Shown: in pieces, positions 26,142 through 43,781 of the stretch
Layout of the letters: every line of letters starts with the position of its first letter
Position numbering within the stretch: the stretch's first letter is position 1
Assembly: GCA_012295275.1 (NCBI GenBank)
Contig: CM022677.1
Span: 22,630,001-22,694,000 of the forward strand
From: Chrysomallon squamiferum
Lineage: Eukaryota; Animalia; Mollusca
DNA length: 64,000 bases
Direction of reading: 5' to 3'
The notes under the pieces: generated by a model
Told to the model about the DNA's origin: nothing
Databases searched by the model: none
Seen by the model: the letters and a program-made list of their open reading frames with translations, nothing else
Position numbers and translations under genes: made by a program

Positions 26142-27597
26142 ATTTCAAACTGTCTGTCAAGTTAGTTTCACCTTAACTGATTCGGAATTAAAAGTCAGTA
26201 GACATTACTTTCTTTACATGGATCAATGAATAAAAAAAAATCACATATATAATTTATTTATTTATTATAAATTAATTATATTAGTTAATTAAACTGTTCT
26301 TTGTTTACATTTTTTTATCTGCATAACTGTATCGTTTAAATTTACTAAATTTCATTTTACAGAAAAACAAAATCTGATTTACTTTTAAAATGTTCACCAG
26401 TTTTGTCATTTAACCCCTCTCTCTCTCTCTAAATACTGTATTATTTTTTAAACAGATTATTTCAAAGAATGTGATATGAAATTGTGAATGTAATTGTACA
26501 TACTCCAATGTAATCCATAAAAAAAGTACAATAAAATATATATTATGATAAAACTAAAAAGATTCTGTCTTTATTTCATTTAAATTTGTTTCTTAAGTTG
26601 CATGTTGGTTTGTGTGTACAATGTAATTAATGCGTAAAATGTTTAATAAATCTGAAAACTAACAAATAAAAACATGCTTTTCCATTTTAATTATTTCAGC
26701 ATGTTTACTTATTTATTTGTGGCTGATTTTGTTTCTTCGGGGTTCCAAGCATACTGAATGTTCGTCATCGTCGTCCTTCTTCTTCTTCTTCTTCTTCCTC
26801 TTGTCCTGACACCTTTTATAAATGTTTGTCTTCACAGATATGAAAGATGTTCTTTGTTTCGGCTCTCTGAATTATTGCAAATAACATGGATTTTCTTTTG
26901 ATAATAAAATGATAAAAACAAAATCAATAAAAACCACAACAAACAAACAAACAAACAAGGAAACAAGTTTACAAATAAATGCATAAACAAATAAATTAAA
27001 AATAACAACCACCACAAGTTTTCGGCTAGTAAAAGCAAACAAAATAAATATCCGATGTTCTAAAAACGTGACTAGAGGTGAAACTGGATAGCTCATTAAA
27101 GATTTATAGTCAGGTGTTTTAAATCCGGGTCATAGGGATCTTGTTTTTTGTTTTCTTCTTTGTGCACTTTGATGTTAGTTTGAACAAGGGACTGATCCAC
27201 AATAACGGGGGGGGGCGGGGCTCAGTGTCAGTATTGAGCGTTGAAAGAATTGAGGTTCGGCAATAAGTTTATAATATTATGTTTTTTTTTTCCGGTGGAT
27301 AAGTTTACTTTTATTAAAAAACATTTATTATTATTTATTTCAAAAGTTCGTTTACAGTTTAAGCTGAAATTTGTAAACATGGCTGTACGATGATTAAACA
27401 CTGTGACATCACACTTCAGTCAAACAAACCAGTTTCATGTTCACAAACAAAACAACTACAACAACAACAACGACAACAACAGTAATATCAGCAAGAAAAA
27501 TACCAATTATTATAATGTTATGTACATAAACACATATAAACACATACGTACATATATCACATACACACAGATATATACATATATATACATACATACA

Positions 27598-27643
<46 letters not shown>

Positions 27644-28606
27644 AAATTTGCCTGTATCAAGAAATGTACTCTTTATACAAACCCCTGATTGGTTTTGTGT
27701 ATATTTTTAAAATGTTTTGTGAACGCGAATAAATCTTTTAATAATATGATACAAAATAATAACCATTTAGCAAAGTACAACAAAAGTAACTTTAAAAATC
27801 AAAATGACCAGGACACAGTGTAATATACATTACATTGGTAAACTAAGTCAACTCAAATCACTTGAAATAATAATTTTAAATAACAAAAATGTACTGAGCC
27901 AATACAATTTTATCTAGAAAGGTAAAATAAATAAAATAATAAAATATGTTTTCTTTACAATACCCTGAGTTGTAAATCTGCCCTATTTACTATGATACAG
28001 TGTATGTATGTAGACTGTGAATTTGTGGCTGTTATCGTACGATTATGCTGATAATTATGATAATAATAATTATGCAGATATACACAGCAGAAACATTAGC
28101 TTAATATTCAGAACAATCTTATATCAACATTATCATCAAATTACTATATTATTATTATTAATATTGTTTTATTTATTTTATTTTATTATGAGGGATTGTT
28201 GTTGTACATATTATTTATTTGTGTTGGGTATACACAAAGGTGTTAAAAAAAATCCTCTGACACAAAAAAGTATATATTTTTCACTAAAATAAACAGTATT
28301 GTGTGATCCGAAATATTTTAAACTCACTTTCTAAAAATCTCCCTAATTAACATATTACGAAATTTAAAAGAGAAAGGAAAGATGTTACAATTTTATTTTT
28401 ATAATTTTTATCTTTAAATTACATTCACATCCACTCCTAAGATTTGAACTTACAGCCATAGACAAACAACTTCAAACATGAAAGTAGTCACAGACTACTT
28501 ATACAAAGAACCATAACTCAGAGAATCATAAATCAAAGGGACATTACTGCAACAAAAACTCAAGAACATTAACATCGAGAATACGTTTAACAATGTGCAC
28601 ATATCC

Positions 28607-28739
<133 letters not shown>

Positions 28740-28764
28740 AATACGTAACTGCTACTGTTGCTAT

Positions 28765-28816
<52 letters not shown>

Positions 28817-29011
28817 GCTACTACAACTACTAGCATTATTATAATTACTACTAATATAATAATAGTCATACGAAGAATGTTTTCTATTTCTGTTTTATTA
28901 TTAATATGAACTTCTTGATTGGATGTTTTTTTAGTTCTTTTTAGCAACTTCCAGCTGAATTAACAAACAGGACACAGTACACTAAATAATACTACATTTT
29001 ATATCAATTAA

Positions 29012-29057
<46 letters not shown>

Positions 29058-29310
29058 CATATATCAAACTAATCATTTAGCCTGGGAGTGATTGCAGATG
29101 CTGATGAAATGGACAGTGTACCGTAGCATGCCAGTCCGGAATTCTGAAAGGCAAATATTCCAGGAACCAGTCGTTTGGCCTTAATCCAGGATGGTGTTGG
29201 GCGTTAAACACTTCAGGAACTAGCCCAGATGACTACGTTGACATATTCACTGTAACATTATCATATAAGATTTATTATTATTATTATTACTAGTATTATT
29301 ATTATTACTA

Positions 29311-29341
<31 letters not shown>

Positions 29342-30974
29342 TATTATTATTATTATTATTATTATTATGATTATGATTATGATTATTATTGTTATTATTA
29401 TTATTATATTTCCAATACATTAAATTACATAAAATGTGAGCGGTCATGTGATTAAATGGAGTCTTTGCTATGTACCAAGTTTTACACTGGGTATCCAGCA
29501 CTTCAGTGTTAAGCTAAAACTAAACAACATTTATTTTGACAAGAATGTTTTATCTGCGTCAGTTACGTTTCAGTCTGTTTGCTGTCGTCTGCCAGCAGAG
29601 AAAAATTATTCTGTGTCTGTGCGTGTCACTTCAAACCTGTGTTGTCTCTGCGATAACAAAACTGATTTGTACTAAAATAAACTAATTCAAACAACATTTA
29701 TTTTATTCTTCAAAAACAGAATCATGTTTCATTAGCACGTGTTTTAATAACAAGTTAAATTTCAGTCTGTTTTGAAACTGTCGTTCCAATTTAGAATCTT
29801 GTTATTCAAATGAATATAAATTTATAAAGATTAAAGAAAGGACATTTGCGATATTAAATAATAAAATAGGTATTCCAACAAACACAATAACAGTATCTGT
29901 ATTGAGTAACATATTCACTGAACTATTCTTTGTCTGGCAATGCAGTGTCTGTGCGTGTGTGCGTGTTTGTTGTGTGTGAGACGTATTCAAACCTGATACC
30001 ATTTATCTGACAAAAATGCCCCCTCTATAAATAATCGCACTAGTTAAATTAATTGTAGTATTAAAAATAATTTGTTGTGGTAGCTGCAGCAGCAGCAGTG
30101 CTGTTAACATATGCAGTGCCAGTAATATTAATAGTAGTATTTTTATTTATTTTTTATTTATTTATTTATTATTTTAAATTATATAAAACCATTAAACCTT
30201 TTCCTCTGTACTTAGTATGATCTTGAATACCAACAAAGATTCAACAAGATTTATTTTAAGAACTATTTTATCTGTGTCGTTCATCCGGGTAGCGGGTTGT
30301 TGGAGAGAGAAATATTTGATTTCAGTCATGTTTGTTTATCTCTAGGTAATATGATAAAGACAGCTATCTGAACTTTAGTGTTGACAAAACAAATTGGTAG
30401 TCGTGTTATCATTAACACATGTCATAGTAACAAGTTAAATGTAGACGAACATAGATACAAAATATTTCAAACTGTGTCTATATATTTCTCTTTTTTTACA
30501 ATATGGAATCAAGTATTTCAAATGAAAGTAAATTTACATAGATTAAAGAAAGAAAATTGATTGTATTATATTAACAATTAAATAGGTATTCCTAGCAACC
30601 ATAGTAATAGTATTTGTACTAATTAACAGCAATTGAATTAGTAACTTTAATATTGGCAGTAGTAGCAGTAACACCAACAGTAAAAGTAATAATACTAATA
30701 GTAGTATTAGAAGTAGCTGTTGTTGTAGTAGTAGAAGCAGCAAGAATAGAATGTGAAAGTCTACTAATAATCGTAGTAGTTAAAGTAGTTGTCGTGTCAG
30801 TAATAGTTTTAATGCTAGTGGTGTATGAAGCTGTAGCAGTATTAGCAGTACTAAAAATGTCGTTCTCTAACATATGATTCTATTGTGTATATATTCTTCT
30901 AGAATAAGGCGATTGTGAGTAATAATAATAATAACAGAATTCATAAACTGTCAAAAATTAAATATATTTATCTT

Positions 30975-32025
<1,051 letters not shown>

Positions 32026-33255
32026 ATATATATATATACACACACACATACAATTTATGCTCTATGTCTATCTCTCTACCAAGATGTATATGTGGCTCTG
32101 TGTGTGTTCACATGTTGCAAACAAATTAAAAGAAGATAGAGAAATAATACATCGAGTTATTTATACATTTCCTTTAATTTGTAATTTTTGCGAGATCGAA
32201 GAGAGATCTAACACAGGCACACACAGACACACGGTGTTTGTTAGTGAGTGTGTCTGTGTGTGTATTTGTGTGACAGAGAGAGGGAGAAAACGAGATATCC
32301 AACAGAAGCGCATTATATGATGTAATATTTAGAAAATTTGTTAGGTCAGGAAATAAAATTAATTAATATTATAAATTTCATTACATTTACTTATTATATT
32401 TATTCTTCTAGATTATAAAAGACCCGATACCCGCAGTTCACTATTCAAGTTTAAACAAGATTTACTTTTTGTGACGATGTATATTATCTTTCTCTCTTCT
32501 GTTAGAAATCTGTCTGTGTCTGTTATTAGTACACATGTCATTAGATGGTGTTTAATATATTTAAAAATTAATTAAGCTACATAAATTATACTAGCTTTTA
32601 TTTCTATTTACTTGAATACAAACTTTTAACGATTTTCATCTCAAAAGAAATGTAGTATCTGTCTGATAGTAAACCATAATGATATATCTTTGGTCGCGAA
32701 ATGTCTTCTCTTACACTGTCCTTGTACAGATCAGTTGTTGTGTCTAGTATTACTACATGTGTGACATGTTTTATAAAGATTACGCAATACAAATGATACT
32801 CAGTTCACTGTTCAAGTTCAAAACAAGATATATCTTTGTTCGCGAAGTGTATTATCTTACACTGTCCTTCTACAAACCAGTTGTTGTGTCTGTTATTACT
32901 ACAGGCTGTCAGAAAGATTTTGTAAAGTGATTAAGCGGTACAACTTATGCTGTGTTACTCATTTTTTCAATCGTATTTAGTTTAGTGTTCTTTTCAATAA
33001 TCCACAATTTAAGCAGAAAATTAAATACTGTGACCACACACTTCGCAGACGTTTGAACTGCACATAAACAATTCAGTTTGGTATAACAGACATGACAGCT
33101 AAAATAATTACTACAATAACAATAAAAGAAATAATGTTATCTACATACCTGTCTGTGTATATTTATGTACATTTGATATAACAGGATACTTTTATTTTTT
33201 AAAATATTTTTATTTTTTGATTTTTAAATAGAAAGCCCGATGATATTTAATAGAA

Positions 33256-33293
<38 letters not shown>

Positions 33294-34606
33294 TATTATT
33301 ATTATTATTATTATTATCATTATTATTATTACTATGTGTACGTGACTCAAATCATACGGTCACTATAAATATCTGTTATAAATACACGATACCCGCCAGT
33401 TCACTGTTCAAGTTTAAACAAGATTTATTTATAAAATGTATTATGTTTCTCTGTCCTTCTACGAACGACTTGTTGTGTCTATTATAACTACAAGGGTGAC
33501 AGATTGTGACAAACATTTTTAACTTTAACTATGCTGCAGAAATTATATCTCGGTAGTTACCATTTTTATTCCTGTTTATTTTACCACAAGAATATTAATC
33601 GTTAAGGACTTTTCCTCAAAAGAAAGAAATTTGTTATAGATGACTTGTAAGCTTACACCCCTTCTTTTTTTTTTTTTTTTTCAGTTGGTATCTTCCTTTC
33701 ACGGATTGTCGTCTGTCAAAATCGCCTTCTCTCCACAAATAACTTCAGTCAAAATCGAGATTGCAGACGAATACAGAATTTTGTTCATTTCTTAAGGTAA
33801 AAGTAAGTCAATTTATTATTATTATTATTAGTGATTAATTAATTACTGTTGTTGTTCTCTTTGCTGTTACTAATATCGGTTTGTACAGATAATGTACAAG
33901 TCAGTCTGCGCCTTGCATTCTTTCTAGTACTTTAAACCATACGTACTGAATCTAGATAACTGCAGATTAAAAGTGTATTGAATTCGACATAAATAAAATA
34001 GTTTGTCCTTTTCTTTTAGTAGCAATGTAATTTGTTTATTATGAGACTTTTGAAACCTGACTTCATTAGTATTACACTGAATACATGTATTTCTATGAAT
34101 CTCATGTTTCGATTTAGATTGATCAAGTGTCGATTTACCAAGAAATAAATAAAATAAAATAAAATGAATGTTAGTTAGCATGGAAGGAATAGCGGTATGA
34201 GAAACTTTATATTTTAGTTTTTATGTTTATTTATTTATTGAGGCAAATAGTTCATTTATTTTTAAATAAATAAATAAACAGAGGGATACATAAATACACG
34301 AATAAGTACAGAGATTTGTCTTTCAAACTTTACATTAAATAGAATGGAAGTTGATTGATTAATTTATATACTAATTTTATTATTGATAATTTTTTTTTTT
34401 TATTACTATTGTTATTACTATTATTATTATTACTCTAGTCATTTTCTTTCTTTTCTTTCTGTTGTTGTTGCTCTTCTTCTTCTTCTTCTTACTATTGTTA
34501 TTACTGTTATTGTTATTATTATTATTATTGTTGTTGTTGTTGTTGTTATTATTATTATTATTATTATTATTGTTATTGTTGTTGTTGTTATTATTATTAC
34601 TATTAC

Positions 34607-34666
<60 letters not shown>

Positions 34667-34673
34667 CACAGAT

Positions 34674-36480
34674 ATGGCAACAGCTTCAAGTTCCGAAGAT
34701 CAAATATCTTGTAGTCTTTGTCTGGATGTTTTCAAGAAGCCGCGAGTTTTATCTTGCGGTCACTCGTTCTGTACGAAATGTCTACAAGATTACATTAACA
34801 AAAACGATCAAAACAACAAGATATGCATCACCTGCCCGTCCTGCAGTCAAGACATTCAGATACCAGACAGCACGAAACCAGTGGAAACATGGGCAGATCA
34901 GTTTCCTGTAAACATTGCTTTAGTGGATTCTATTAAAGAGAGACAAAGTTCAAAGATTTGTGAGTCAGCAGTGTTATGTTTAGATAAAGTTATTATTTAA
35001 CTAATAATGTTTATGTCGTGTGTTTACCATCGCAGTAGACTCATAAAGAAATAGAAACAATTTATCTATAAAGTCGTTCTGCTCCATTTTTTAATTAACA
35101 TTAACATCATGACTGTTTAATATTATTTATTTATTTATTTCAGGGGGAAAGAGAGGTCACATTTCAGTTTTGACTTCTGTTACTGACCGTTTGAAAACAT
35201 TTAAAACAATTCTTCAGTCGGAGATGGAAGAAAAGATCGAGAAACTTCGGCAAGACGTCGACATCAACGTCGTGGAGACTGCAGAAGAGATCAGAAGAGC
35301 TGGTAACAAATTAATCACAGATTTCACAGACATTGTCAATCAAGAACAAGACAGATTAATAAGAGAAATAGAAAAATATCAAATCACTGTAAACTCAGAA
35401 ACTGAAAAACTGTTTACTGAACACAAACATCTGATTGAGGAAAACAAAAAACTGATCAAACTTGGCGAAGATTTGATAAAAAGAAGATCAGAGTGTGATA
35501 TTAAAATTAATATTTCAAAATTCACCAACCTCGAAAACACGACTTCCGAGTTTCTTTCAAAAATTGATAAAGTCGACTTTAAAATAAATCTGACGAAATC
35601 TGAAAGAAAGAAAGAAATGTCAGTCCACATTGGAGAAATATCCACAAATATTCAATCAGACACACAGATTGATAGGCTGACAAAAACACTGGAACACACA
35701 GATACCATTAAGACAAGAACACAAAAAGAAAAAACGAATCCTTGGATGGATTCCATCCTGTTGTCAGGTGAAAACAAAAGTAAAATTCTCGTTAGTGATT
35801 CGTACAATACCTGTGTAAAATGTGTTTGTTTACAAAGACAATCAGATATACAAAAATGCGCAACTTCCTCTCCACCATGCGGTCTTGCTGAATCACGTGA
35901 TCAGGAGGGTGCTTTTGTTGTTCTGCCACTTGAAGAGAAAATATTGATTTTAAATTTGAAAAAATTCAAATTCATCAAAACAGTTAAAACTGATAAAATG
36001 TATTGGTATATCGCTGTATTACCCAACAACCGTCTCGCGGTCACTGGATACATTAGTGGTCAGTATCTGGACATACTGACAGACAGCGGTCAGCTCATTA
36101 ATTCTATCTCAACAGATGAGATCCCCGAACCGTCGTGTCTCACTGTTCACGATCAATGTCTGATTGTTGTGACACAGAGAAATGATGTAAACAGTTTAGT
36201 TTGTGTAACGTCATCAGGTGACGTCAAATGGGAGTCACGTGATTCAGACAGACTTAGGAAGTTGAGAGGTGTTACATGTGACATGGAGGGGAATATTTAT
36301 GTGTGTGATTATGACAGAGATTGTGTTGTTCAGTTGTCACGGGAAGGAAAAGTTCTACGTGACATCCTCACTGAGCAGGATGGACTGTCCTTGCCTGTTT
36401 CACTCTGTTTTCATGATAACAAACTGTACGTGGGTCAATACAATGGAGAAATACAAATATATACTTGGTGCAAAAAGTAA
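34674..36480 (+). CDS. RING-coiled-coil-NHL-like (TRIM-like) E3 ligase, copy 4, ~540 aa
   Basis: Exons 34674-34959 (RING CSLC...CGHSFCTKC...CPSC) and 35144-36480; phase-1 GT-AG intron; intact frame. Confidence 0.9.
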
Positions 36481-36791
36481 ACTTCAAACTCTTTGTTGAG
36501 TTGGTTTCAGCTTAACTGCTTTGGAATTAAAAGTCGTTAGACATTTCTTTCTTTACACCAATTGATAAATAAACAAAAATCAGCTTAATATTTATTTGTT
36601 TGTTTATTTCTTTAATTTAATTTATTTATTTAATAAAAATTAATTATTTATTTAATTTAAGTAGTCTTTAACATAAACATTTTTCTTAGAAATTACTTTA
36701 TCTAAAATTAACTTACTAAATTAAACATAAATATAACTTGAAAGAAGAAATAAAATCTGTTTTACTTTTTAAAATGTTGACCTAGTTTTTA

Positions 36792-36878
<87 letters not shown>

Positions 36879-37580
36879 CTCTCTGTCTGTACAATGCAAT
36901 TAATGTGTATAGCACTTAACAAATATGAAAATTAACACAGAAAAACATACATTTTTAATTTAAATGTTTTAGCAAATTTATTTATTCATTTGTTTGTTTG
37001 TTTACAGATTATTTTTCTTATTTTCTCGTCCTTGTTCTTGTTGTTGTTGTTCTGCTTCTGGTTGTCGTGACGACTTTCATAACTTTTTCTGTCCACCGAT
37101 ATGAACGATATTCTTTGATTCCTCGCTCTCTAAATTCCGGCGTACCTGTAAATAAATAAAATTGTCTTTATTATTTTATACTGAAATAAAATTAGTTTTA
37201 AGCTTTTTTTAAAATTCATATAAAGAAACAGACAAAACAACACCAAAATAAGAAGAAGAATAAGAAAAACATAATTTAAAATCAACAAATAAAAATAACA
37301 GCCAACAACAAGATTTCCACTAATAAAAGAAAGCAAAAGAAATACGTAGAAGATAATTTGATATCTCCCTGGAAATGTACAGACACGTGTTTAAATCTGT
37401 ATGTTAGAGATTACATTTGGTGTTTTATTTACTGCTCACGGTCAGGTTAGCTGGAACAAGGGACTGATTCACAATAACTGAAGAGGAGGGACTGGGGCCG
37501 GTACTGACAGTTCAGTGTTTTTAGAATGAAAAAGGAGAGATGTACTTTTGTTTTGTCATTTATTTATTTATTTATTGAAA

Positions 37581-37632
<52 letters not shown>

Positions 37633-37934
37633 ATTATTATTATTATTATTATTATTATTATTGTAGTTGTTGTTGTTGTTATTTTAAGTAAGTTTCAAAC
37701 ATTCGTTTTCAATTTTAGCGAAATCTGCGATGTTGGCAGTACTAAAATTAAATACTGTGACGTCAAACTTCAAAGTACACATAAAAACACATAAATACAT
37801 ACACACAGAAAAATAAATACATATGTGTACACACACACCTACACACGCACCTACACAAACACATTCACACACACATACACACACATCCTTAGACATACCT
37901 ACACTCATAAACACACACACACATATATATATAT

Positions 37935-38158
37935 CATGGTGGCCCAAAAGTAGGTTGACAGTTACTAAACTATGGTTTATATGCTTGGAGATACTGTGTG
38001 TCAGACCGTCCTGGAGAGGTTTGAAGAATGTTGCAATGTTGAAGGAGGACATTTTGAGCACCTGAGAGATTAAACAGTTTCTGTTTAATGCTTGAAACAT
38101 GCTTGTATTTTAAAATAAATTGCCTACGTAATAACTGTAAACCTACTTTTGGGCCACG

Positions 38159-38161
<3 letters not shown>
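37935..38161 (+). mobile_element. Non-autonomous Tc1/mariner-superfamily deletion derivative (MITE-like)
   Basis: ~29-bp TIRs: catggtggcccaaaagtaggttgacagtt (37935-37963) and aactgtaaacctacttttgggccacgctg (38133-38161), set in TA/TG microsatellite. The interior encodes TVCQTVLERFEECCNVEGGHFEHLRD*, a typical Tc1/mariner transposase C-terminus (GGHFEH). Confidence 0.85.
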
Positions 38162-38199
<38 letters not shown>

Positions 38200-38694
38200 A
38201 ATGTGCATATATATATATATATGTGTGCACATTCATACATACATACACACACATACATATATCTGAACATACATGAAGGAAGTATATTTTAAGTCATAGG
38301 CTACTGTGAAAATTCAAATAACAGGATATCCCAGCATCGCTAAAAGAAAAGCTCAAGTCTAAAGAAGATTTTAGACTTTATGTGATTTTCTGAATAATAT
38401 GGCTGCATAAAGTTATCTTTGTGAACGATTTAATTCAATAAGAGCTAAGAAAATGCTTTAAAATGTTTTCTAAGGAAATGTTTTATTTTCTTCTTTTTTC
38501 TGAAGTGTTACAAATTTTACAGATTATGAGAGAGAATAACTTTAAAATAATGTTCGAAATACATGTAGTTATAAATATATTTAGAAAAGTCTTTTTCTGG
38601 AAATGTATTTCTATAAAGTGTTACAGTATTTTATAGACTTTTGAGAAAGGATACTTTCTAAATAGTTTTTGAAATAGTTTGAAACAGACAGTAA

Positions 38695-38768
<74 letters not shown>

Positions 38769-39448
38769 TAATAATAATAATAATAAATATATAAATAAGC
38801 AATCACTCAGTCTGTATAGAATTCCTAACCTAGGAACGTACGCTAATGTTTCTCGAATTTTCAGTTCAAACTAAATTATTATATGTAAAAAATCATAAAA
38901 ATAATAATAATAATAAATAATGTCTAGGAATATTATTTAATCAAATTTTACAAATGTATTATTATTTGTATTTATTAGTTTAAAATATTTGTGTTCTTTG
39001 ATGTGATAGTATCGATTCAAATATTTTAATATCATTATTTAACTAAATGTCATAAAGAGGTTTTTTGTACTGTGATGGGGAATGGAGAGAACTACGTAGA
39101 TAAAAGTGACTGCAAAAACAGTTCTGCTCAGTGTCATAAAGCACTCTGTTTTGTTTATAAAGCGACGTTTTAAAACTGATGAACAATCTAATTAAATACT
39201 CAGACAATCGCTCACTGAATTGTGTTGAAGTAAACATAATGATGATGATGATGATGATAATGGTGATATAATTAATTATTCACATAAAATTATAAAAACT
39301 TAACCACACTTTAAAAGAAGTTCTATCTCTCTTTCTCTCTAGAATGTAATTAACGTATATTTTAATTATTTTGGCATGTTTATTTATTTATTTTTTTTAT
39401 TATTTTTTTTTTAAGTGTCCCTGTTTGTATGATTGATTAAAATATATG

Positions 39449-40930
<1,482 letters not shown>

Positions 40931-41371
40931 CATTTATCGTGATCAAATATTTTACAAATTTTAGTTATTTTTACATGTATGTTTATACATTATAATATAT
41001 CAGTTTGATTTATGTTGTTTACTTATTTGTTCAAGTTTAAATAAGATTTATTTTAGTAGGAGAAAGATATTCTTTTCGTGTCTCCTTCTACAAGGCATTA
41101 GCTATGTCTGTTATTAGTACATCAGTGAGGGTCTGTGACAATCATTTTTAATTTTAATTAGTCGGCACAAATTATACTATGTTGGTTATTTTTTTAAACC
41201 TGACACCCCTTATTTTCTTTCAGTTGGTATCTTCCTGTCACTGAGTGTCATCTGTCAAAGCCGCCTTTTCCGGTCAAACAACTTCAGTCTCAAATCGAGA
41301 TTGCAGACGAAAGCAGAATTTTTTTAAGGTATTATATTTTTCATTTTTTGAAGACAAATGTAAGACAATTG

Positions 41372-41415
<44 letters not shown>

Positions 41416-41558
41416 TGCTCTTTTTCTTGCTCTTAATATTTGTTAATAAAAAAATGGTTGTATTTTTTTCGTTTTTAGTGTCTGTAATTTAAATTTATTC
41501 ATCTTCTTATTTCTTTACCACAACTATGATTGACGGCGCTTCTACTATTTCCACAGAT

Positions 41559-43572
41559 ATGGCAACAGCTTCAAGTTCCGAAGATCAAATCTCTTGTTGT
41601 CTTTGTCTGGATGTCTTCAAGAAGCCGCGGGTTCTTTCTTGCGGACATTCTTTCTGTACGAAATGTCTAGAAGATTACATTAACAAAAATTATCAAAGCA
41701 GCGACAAACAAATCACCTGCCCGTATTGCATGCAAGATGTTCAGATACCAGACAGCACGAAACCAGTGGAAACATGGGCAGATCAGTTCCCTATAAACAT
41801 TGCTTTAGAGGATTCTATTAAAGAGAGGCAATCTTCAAAGATTTGTGAGTCAGCAGTGTTGTGTTTATATACAGTGATTATTTAACTAACAATATTTATG
41901 TCGTGTATTAAACATCGTATAGGTTCATAAATAAATAGAGAAATTTGTACCTGTACAGTTTTTCTGTTTTAAAATGCACTTGATAAAATAAGCCTTCACA
42001 CTGTGCTTAGATTAACAGCACTGATACTAGTTATACTTTTCTCATTATTATTATTAGTAGTAGTAGTAGTAGTAGTAGTAGTATCTGTAATTAATTGCGA
42101 TATTTATTTATTTACTTATTTATTTATTTATTTCAGCTGGAAAGGGAGGTCACATTTCATTTCTCAGTTCTGTTTGTGATAATCTGAAAACGTTTAGAGA
42201 AATTCTTCAGTCAGACATGGATGAAAAGATTGAGAAACTTCGACAAAACGTGGACGTCAACGTCGTGGACACCACAGAAGAGGTCAGAAGGATTGGTAAC
42301 ACACTAATCTCAGATTTTACTGCCACTATCCACAAAGAACAAGATAGGCTGATTAAAGAAATAGAAAAATCTCAAAACTTTCTACACTCAGAAATTGAAA
42401 AAATGTTTACTAATCATAAACATCTAATTAAGGAAAACGAAAAAATGATAAAACGTGCTGAAGATTTGTTACAAAGTCAGTCAGAGTCTGATATTAAAGT
42501 TAATATTGCAAAATTCACCAAACTTCAAAACACAACTTCTGAGTTTCTGGCCAGATCTCTTTCAGAAATTCATAAAGCCGAGTTTAAAATGCATCTGAGA
42601 AAATATGATGAAAAGAAAGAAATGTCTATCCACATTGGAGAGATTTCCACAAATATACAAACAGACACTTACATAGACAGACTGGCAGACACACTGAAAG
42701 AAGTATACAGCACTGACACAGAAATGAAACAGACTGATACACAGATAGACAGACTGACAGAGACACTCAAACACACAGAGACCATTAACATCAAAAGACA
42801 AGAAGATAAAACAAATCCTTGGCTATTCTCCATCCTGGTGTCAGATGTCGACAACAATAAAGTTGTTGTTAGTGATTGCAACAATAGATGTGTAAAATGT
42901 TTTTGTTTAGAAAGAAACTCAGTGATAAACAAGCATATAACTTTCTCTCCACCACGTGGTCTTGCTGAGTCACGTGAACAGCAGGATGTTGTTGTTGTTG
43001 TTGTTGCTCTGCCACATGAAAAGGAAATATTGTTTTTAAGTTTGAAAAACTTCAAACTGATCAAAACAGTTAAAACCGATAAACAATATTTCTATATCTC
43101 TGTGTTACCCGGCAACCGTCTCGCGGTCACTGGGTACATTGGTCATTACTTGGACATAATTACAGAGCGTGGTCAGCTCATTAATTCTATCTCAGCAGAT
43201 TTGATCCCCAGACCATCATGTCTCACAGTTTACGATCAATGTCTGATTATTGTGTCAAAGAGAGAAAATTTAAACTGTTTATTTTGTGTGACGTCATCAG
43301 GTGACGTCGAATGGGAGTCACGTGATTCAGCCAGACTGAAAAACTTGGCGGGAGTTACATGTGACAGGGATGGGAATGTTTTTGTTTGTGATTGTGACAG
43401 AAATTGTGTTGTTCAGTTGTCACGGAACGGAAAAGTTCTACGTGACATCCTCTCACGCCAGGATGGACTGTCCAAACCGTGGTCTGTCTGTTGTCACGGT
43501 AACAAATTGTACGTGGGACAGAGAAACACCGGACAAATAAAAGTATTTAGTTGGTGTAAAACTCTCAAATAA
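41559..43572 (+). CDS. RING-coiled-coil-NHL-like (TRIM-like) E3 ligase, copy 5, ~573 aa
   Basis: Exons 41559-41844 and 42137-43572; phase-1 GT-AG intron; intact frame; two linker repeats. Confidence 0.9.
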
Positions 43573-43685
43573 ATTAGTTTCATCTTATCACTGTTGCAAT
43601 CAACATGAATTATTTTCTTTACACGAACCAAATAATAAACAAAAAATCTGCTCTGTAATTTATTTATTTATCATAACTGTCATTT

Positions 43686-43781
<96 letters not shown>

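Noticed and set aside
29080-29245. Possible SINE or ncRNA fragment (also 52075-52135)
   Set aside because: GC-richer island with a SINE-tail-like end, but no recognizable A/B boxes, tRNA fold or second copy in the window. It cannot be supported without a repeat-library search.
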